Source: Desulfobacteraceae bacterium
Lineage (GTDB): Bacteria; Desulfobacterota; Desulfobacteria; Desulfobacterales; Desulfobacteraceae
Direction: 5' to 3'
Length of the DNA: 62,291 nucleotides
Assembly: GCA_041685935.1 (NCBI GenBank)
Contig: JAWLES010000001.1
Coordinates: forward strand, 1-62,291
A model generated the notes under the pieces. That model did no database searches. It was given only the letters and a program-made list of their open reading frames with translations, and was not told where the DNA came from. A program made the position numbers and the translations under genes. Positions 57,538 to 62,291 of this stretch are shown piece by piece. How positions within the stretch are numbered: the stretch's first letter is position 1; every line of letters begins with the position of its first letter.

Positions 57538-58472
57538 CAGTATCTGACAAGTCCGAATAGCCGCCTGATCAATCCAAGGGTCCTTCGAGCCGGGCTTTTA
57601 AAAATCCTGGTGTACTCGGCCACGATACTTTCGGCTTCGTAGCTGTCGAACTGCTCCATGTCCTTTTCAGTGAGCTTTTCCCTGAACCGCATCACCCAGA
57701 TATAAAAGTCGGTGGCGGTCCTGTGTGGAAAGTATTCCATGATCCGGTATTTTTTAATGATTTCCACAAACGGCATGTAAACGGTATCATACCAGGAGAT
57801 TGCAGCCTCTTGGACGGAAACCTCCTTGCCGTCCCGATTCTCTAAATAATGCCGGTGAATCTGGATCTGTTTCATCAAAAAGGGGTATCCCCCGATCCGG
57901 GTCAATGTCAGATCCGGGTTCCGGGCGGTTTTCAGACCTGTTTCCTTTAAAAACTTGTGATATGTTTCCAGGATGGCAAGCTCCTCAATATCAGTATCCG
58001 TGTTTAAAGAGACGTCACAGTCGTATTCAAACACCCGCGCTTCAACTGATAGGATGTTCCGTGCTCTTGCCACTGAAATCCGGTGGTGGCCGTCTTTTAC
58101 AAAATACACATTGCAGACCTTGTACAGTTCAACCGGCGGCAGGTCCCGTTTTGCGTCAATAGCCCTTTCCACGTTTTTCCACCGTTCCCTGAGACTTTCA
58201 TCGAGCGGAAAAAAATGGCGGGTGAATCCCTTGTACCTGCCCTGGCTTCCGATAATCGAATCAAGGCGCACGGATTTAATTCCGATATCTTTAACCAGCA
58301 GAAGTTCCAGCCGTTCTTTGACATCGTCGAACGGCAGAAGCTGCTTGGTCTTCCGAAAGGGGAATCCCTTGATTTCTTCTATGAAGGCTTTGGTCATGGC
58401 GTTTGAAAAATTGGAATCAAGGCGCTCAGCCATGTTCGCCCGGCTTTCGGCTCTGCTTTTGAAAAGTGGCAT
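57537..58472 (-). CDS. ParB/Srx-fold domain protein (DGHHR motif), function unknown
   Basis: 311 aa. The central region VELYKVCNVYFVKDGHHRISVARA resembles the ParB N-terminal/sulfiredoxin-fold nucleotide-binding motif. The rest is unrecognised. Confidence 0.45.
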   Translation of the reverse strand: MPLFKSRAESRANMAERLDSNFSNAMTKAFIEEIKGFPFRKTKQLLPFDDVKERLELLLVKDIGIKSVRLDSIIGSQGRYKGFTRHFFPLDESLRERWKNVERAIDAKRDLPPVELYKVCNVYFVKDGHHRISVARARNILSVEARVFEYDCDVSLNTDTDIEELAILETYHKFLKETGLKTARNPDLTLTRIGGYPFLMKQIQIHRHYLENRDGKEVSVQEAAISWYDTVYMPFVEIIKKYRIMEYFPHRTATDFYIWVMRFREKLTEKDMEQFDSYEAESIVAEYTRIFKSPARRTLGLIRRLFGLVRY

Positions 58473-58671
58473 TGATTGATATTCTTGTATAGGGTTCGGT
58501 TACCTGATTTTCTATTGCAATTTGTTTTAAGATATAATAGTGAAACAGTTTATTGCAATATAAAAAACAGGTTCCGGGTGATTTTTTATAAATGACATGA
58601 TTTGTTTCATATGTAATCCGAAAACCTGAACCGGTGAAAATAATAGAAAAATAATACATGCGGGGTTACGG

Positions 58672-61600
58672 ATGTGTGGAATCGTGGCTTACTTCGGAAA
58701 TGCACCGAACAGCTTGAGCAGAGTTGTGACGGGGATGTCGGCGATTATATACCGGGCGCCGGACAGCACGGGAATTGCGAAATTCGGGGATATGGCCGAT
58801 CCGATCAGCCTGAGGAAAAATCTCGGCAGCGTGGCCGGGCTTTTTGAAGTTCTGGAAAACAATCCTATCAACAGACCTTGTGACCGGAATGTGTTGTCCA
58901 TATGGCAGTCAGGCGACATGGACCCCCCGAGGATGCAGAAACGCCTGATCGAATATGAAGGGCTTCCCCTGGAGATGTTCAACAATATTCAGTCCGGAAG
59001 GGCATCATGGCCGGTTTTTGAAGACCTTATCTCAAGATATTCAACCAACCAGATGTCGGTTTATCCCGGCTGCCCGGGAAATCCCTATTCTCTTCAAAGA
59101 TTCACGGTAAGGTCCAGAAATGATTTGCGAAGAGTCGTGGAAACCATGCTGAAAACCTACGACCTTTCCTTTGTGGCAATTAAATCCATTTTCCGGGCTC
59201 ATCTGGAAAAAGGGATCAACGCCCTTGGAAAAGCAAAGCCGGTCAAGGCGAGCGTGGCTGATATTTACAACGCTTTTGATCACCTGTTCCAGTTGATTTT
59301 TGAAGAGTACCGGCCTGTTGAGTTTACCCGGCAGAGTTATAAACGGGTGCATATGAACCCGTTTGCCAAAAAGTATATCTGGCAGCTGATATCCGGAATT
59401 CCTGTTAAAATCCCGGAAGATTTTGATAATGACGGAATCAAAAACCTTTTCCGCCTGCTGGATGAAGCGCTTCTGTCCAGAATCCATACCGATTCCGGAA
59501 TATCCGAAGAGATTCAGAAAAACCTGAACTATTCCCTGAAAGGGGATTATGAATCAGCCTCCATCGGGTGGTCCACGCTTTATCATGCGGAAAAAGGGGT
59601 GAATGTATACGGAAGAGCCTCAGCAGCCGTGCTGGAATGGATGCAGAAAAACGAAATATTGCAATCCATGTCCATGAGTATTTCTTCGGGAAGCAGCGCA
59701 GCTTTGTCAGCCCCCATGGGCGTTACCGGTCCAAAGTGCCTGAATTACCTGGTACAGCCGGTTCTCACACAGGGAAGATGGGCGCTTCAGTCTGAAGTGA
59801 CCTTGAAAAACGCTCATCCTTTTGTGGATGAAAACCGGAATCGGAGCATTGTATTGAACGGACAGTTTGCCGCTTCAGTGGAGGACGAGATGCGGGATTT
59901 TCTTTCCGGCGTGGTCAGGGTGCCGTTCAGGAGCGACAATTCGTCCGAATACTTCGCCCTTTTGTGGGGGTACTACTTTGATGTGCTTAAAAATGAAAAA
60001 CGGCAGTTTCAGCAGGTCAAGGACCAGGTTGAGAATGGACTTGAAGAGTATGCAGTCGGCAGCAACACCATAAACTACCAGATCTTCAAGCATATAAAAG
60101 ACAAGGAAGACACGGAACTTGATGAAGTTGCCTTTATAGAGGCTGCCAGGCGTTTTACAAAAAACGGGGGCCAGATTGCCGTGGCCGGAATCAGTGTGGA
60201 ATCCCCCCGCACCATTTATGCGGTATCCAACAACAGGCCCCTTTTCATCGTCAGGCGGAGAGAAACCCACGACTATATGGTGGTGTCGGATATAAACGCC
60301 TCTTTGGGACTGTTTTCCCAGCTGGAAATCATGGAGGTAACCAAGGCATACGAGAGTCTTTTAAAACAGAGGGACCTGGAAATAAAGCAGCTGAACCGGC
60401 AGCAGGCACCCAAGGAGGAAATAGAAAAGTGCAGGCAGGACCGGGATGCGGAAATCGACAGTGTGCTGACACGGTTTGCGGTGGATGTGTATGCCCTGGA
60501 AGGGGAAAACCTGTTTGCCAGGATCGCCACCGAATTCAAAAACAGCAGCGTGGAGCGTACAGTGGAGATTACCGATTTTGAGGGAAAGGTTCTTCATGAT
60601 ATCGAGCCCTACCGGATTAACCTGACTCCACCCCATGTGCACAAGGACCTGGACAAGTCGTTTTACAAGACCCATTTGGAGGAGGTTCCCGAACTCCTTG
60701 AAAATATGGTGGAAAATGTGCTCAACTCGGGTTCCAACATCAACGGTTTCAGCATCAATGAAAAATATCTCAAAAGACGGTTCGGCGAGAACCTGGGCGG
60801 AATCAAGAGGATTTTCATTGCAGGAATGGGCACTTCGTACCACGCCGCGCTCGGGGTTTCCGGTTTTTTCAGGAGCATGTTCCCTGATACAAGGGTGATT
60901 GTGCTTCAGCCGGTGGAAATCGATCTTATGAAAGGAATGTTTGTCCCGGAAGAGGATCTTGTACTTCTTTTAAGCTGGAGCTCCACCACCGCTGAAATGG
61001 TAAAGCTTTCCAAGGAGCTTTCCAAAACAAATGTACTGTTTATCGGGGTAACTGAAAAAATTTTCGGGGATATGGCGCTTGTGGCTCGGAAAAGCTGCGG
61101 CGTGGTATACGTTATGAGTGGCGAGGAAGTTACCGTTTCAGCTGTTAAAAGTACATTCTGCTGCATGATGAGTCTTGTCCTGTTCAGCCTTTATGTATGC
61201 AGGGACATGATACGTCAGCAGGTGGACTGGAGTGTCACCGGCGGGATCATGCAGGTTTCCCACTATCTGAAATCCATGGCTGATGACGGGGATCTTGAAG
61301 ACAGGGCGGCCAAGCTGGCCTCTCAGTATGCAGACTCGGACGGGTTTATCCTGATTGATGCGGTTCACTCCACCGGAGCGGCCCGCGAGGCGGTTTTGAA
61401 AATGGAGGAGATGACCTGGTCCCTGGTCGGCAGAGCAATTGATTACGATGATGTGAATCTCGGTCTTTTAAAAGATGCAGGCAGGCGGAGCTTTCTTGTG
61501 ATAAACGCAACCTGTTCCAAAAGGTTCTCCAGCGCACTGGAGCTGATGAAAACGCTGCACATGGAGGATATACCGTTTTGCGCAGTTGCCTTTGACGGAA

Positions 61601-62291
61601 CGGAAACCGACAGAATCAGAGAGTATTCAGCCGGAAACCTTGTTCTCCTGCCCAAGGTGGAGGACAATCTGCAGCCGTTTGTGGACCTTATGTTTTATTA
61701 CATCCTGGCATTCCATTTCGGCAGGGCTGCAGGCAGAAAAGCTGATGATTATCCGCGAAACCGGGCCAAATCCGTTACTACCTCCCGATCTGTCGGGTAT
61801 GAACAATCAAGCTCCCAGGGTGAGTTCTTTCTTCTGCGGCACAAGGAGCAGCTTTTCGGAGAGATCGGGCTGGATTCTCAGGATATGGCAATGACAACAC
61901 ACCTGGAGAAGGTGATTCGCAACGAGCCCTTTGCAGGCCGGATACAAGAGATTAAAAAGCTGGCATCCGTTATCAGGGAGGAGGATGCCTTTGAAAGGCT
62001 TGTGAGCTTTGACGGCAAATTCCATCAGGATTTTGCCCGAACCGTTTTTTCAGAAGGGCGGGAGACCAGGGTCAAGTTCGTACCGCTTGATGCAAAGGCG
62101 GAGGCTGCAGTCCGGAATGCAGCGGCAAGATTGAAAAGGTTCGTACCCTTTCAGGTCGGGATAGTTGACCGTTCCGAGACATTGCCCGTTTCAGACGGTG
62201 ATACCGTCAATATCGCAGTATCTTCATCCGGGTTTACCGGTAAACCGGAGCGGCTCCAAAGACTTGATGGTGACAGGACATTTTATTTCGG
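58672..62291 (+). CDS. Giant GlmS-like protein (class-II Ntn glutamine amidotransferase + two SIS domains, with large insertions and a C-terminal extension); 3' partial
   Basis: I checked the frame codon by codon from the ATG at 58672 to the window end and found no stop (1,206 codons plus 2 nt). It is absent from the ORF track. N-terminus MCGIVAYFG...YRAPDSTGIA. Then GRWAL...NAHPF...LNGQ...SDNSSEY; SIS1 IFIAGMGTSYH and LSWSSTT; SIS2 ILIDAVHSTGAAREAVLKMEE; GlmS-type tail PRNRAKSVTT at ~aa 1030-1036. At least 170 further residues follow. Confidence 0.75.
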   Translation, partial: MCGIVAYFGNAPNSLSRVVTGMSAIIYRAPDSTGIAKFGDMADPISLRKNLGSVAGLFEVLENNPINRPCDRNVLSIWQSGDMDPPRMQKRLIEYEGLPLEMFNNIQSGRASWPVFEDLISRYSTNQMSVYPGCPGNPYSLQRFTVRSRNDLRRVVETMLKTYDLSFVAIKSIFRAHLEKGINALGKAKPVKASVADIYNAFDHLFQLIFEEYRPVEFTRQSYKRVHMNPFAKKYIWQLISGIPVKIPEDFDNDGIKNLFRLLDEALLSRIHTDSGISEEIQKNLNYSLKGDYESASIGWSTLYHAEKGVNVYGRASAAVLEWMQKNEILQSMSMSISSGSSAALSAPMGVTGPKCLNYLVQPVLTQGRWALQSEVTLKNAHPFVDENRNRSIVLNGQFAASVEDEMRDFLSGVVRVPFRSDNSSEYFALLWGYYFDVLKNEKRQFQQVKDQVENGLEEYAVGSNTINYQIFKHIKDKEDTELDEVAFIEAARRFTKNGGQIAVAGISVESPRTIYAVSNNRPLFIVRRRETHDYMVVSDINASLGLFSQLEIMEVTKAYESLLKQRDLEIKQLNRQQAPKEEIEKCRQDRDAEIDSVLTRFAVDVYALEGENLFARIATEFKNSSVERTVEITDFEGKVLHDIEPYRINLTPPHVHKDLDKSFYKTHLEEVPELLENMVENVLNSGSNINGFSINEKYLKRRFGENLGGIKRIFIAGMGTSYHAALGVSGFFRSMFPDTRVIVLQPVEIDLMKGMFVPEEDLVLLLSWSSTTAEMVKLSKELSKTNVLFIGVTEKIFGDMALVARKSCGVVYVMSGEEVTVSAVKSTFCCMMSLVLFSLYVCRDMIRQQVDWSVTGGIMQVSHYLKSMADDGDLEDRAAKLASQYADSDGFILIDAVHSTGAAREAVLKMEEMTWSLVGRAIDYDDVNLGLLKDAGRRSFLVINATCSKRFSSALELMKTLHMEDIPFCAVAFDGTETDRIREYSAGNLVLLPKVEDNLQPFVDLMFYYILAFHFGRAAGRKADDYPRNRAKSVTTSRSVGYEQSSSQGEFFLLRHKEQLFGEIGLDSQDMAMTTHLEKVIRNEPFAGRIQEIKKLASVIREEDAFERLVSFDGKFHQDFARTVFSEGRETRVKFVPLDAKAEAAVRNAAARLKRFVPFQVGIVDRSETLPVSDGDTVNIAVSSSGFTGKPERLQRLDGDRTFYF

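Overview
This 62.3-kb window looks chromosomal. I found no rRNA, tRNA, CRISPR array, transposase or integrase. All calls come from reading the sequence and ORF translations by eye; no searches were run.

Gene content suggests a Desulfobacterota (Desulfobacterales-like) anaerobe. This is an inference from the Sec-containing SelD, a HesB-like selenoprotein, a stand-alone atpZ-I-B-E operon, a tungsten-type AOR, and several PilZ and hybrid-kinase genes.

Layout:
1. 152-4251 (-): methyltransferase, then birA-bioY-bioM-bioN with a BirA-type operator.
2. 4898-9315 (-): tight galE / HEAT-receiver-like / ATP-grasp / hypothetical / ogt string.
3. 9565-9879 (+): HesB/IscA-like selenoprotein with an in-frame UGA. 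The ORF track lists only its C-terminal 65 aa.
4. 10.0-12.2 kb: lipoprotein, thyX, thiamine pyrophosphokinase.
5. 12.3-31.2 kb: large LPS / lipid A / core cluster (lptFG, lpxK, lpxL-family, waaG, waaP, two further LPS kinases, kdsB, two GT9 genes, waaA, msbA, ycaR-like). It is interrupted by an AT-richer three-gene cassette (GT2, methyltransferase, ArnT-like).
6. 31.2-36.3 kb: housekeeping genes (yicC-remA-gmk, rlmB, icd, comF).
7. 36.4-42.5 kb: PilZ, hybrid Cache/PAS kinase, hldC, pgeF, and selD with Sec at codon 16.
8. 42.5-44.3 kb: atpZ/I/B/E.
9. 45.2-47.6 kb: PilZ-PilZ-small protein-zinc-ribbon ParA cassette with module shuffling.
10. 47.6-57.5 kb: RpiR regulator, W-type aldehyde:ferredoxin oxidoreductase, Fe-alcohol dehydrogenase, non-Pyl MttB-family methyltransferase and an OpuC-type quaternary-amine ABC importer. 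Two of these units are preceded by a near-identical 25-nt motif.
11. 57.5-62.3 kb: ParB/Srx-like gene facing an uninterrupted open frame of more than 1,206 codons. This frame is absent from the ORF track because it has no stop in the window. It encodes a giant GlmS-like (Ntn-amidotransferase + 2xSIS) protein with large insertions and a C-terminal extension.

The most interesting candidates are the GlmS-like giant, the AOR/ADH/MttB/Opu locus, the PilZ/ParA cassette and the two UGA-recoded genes.
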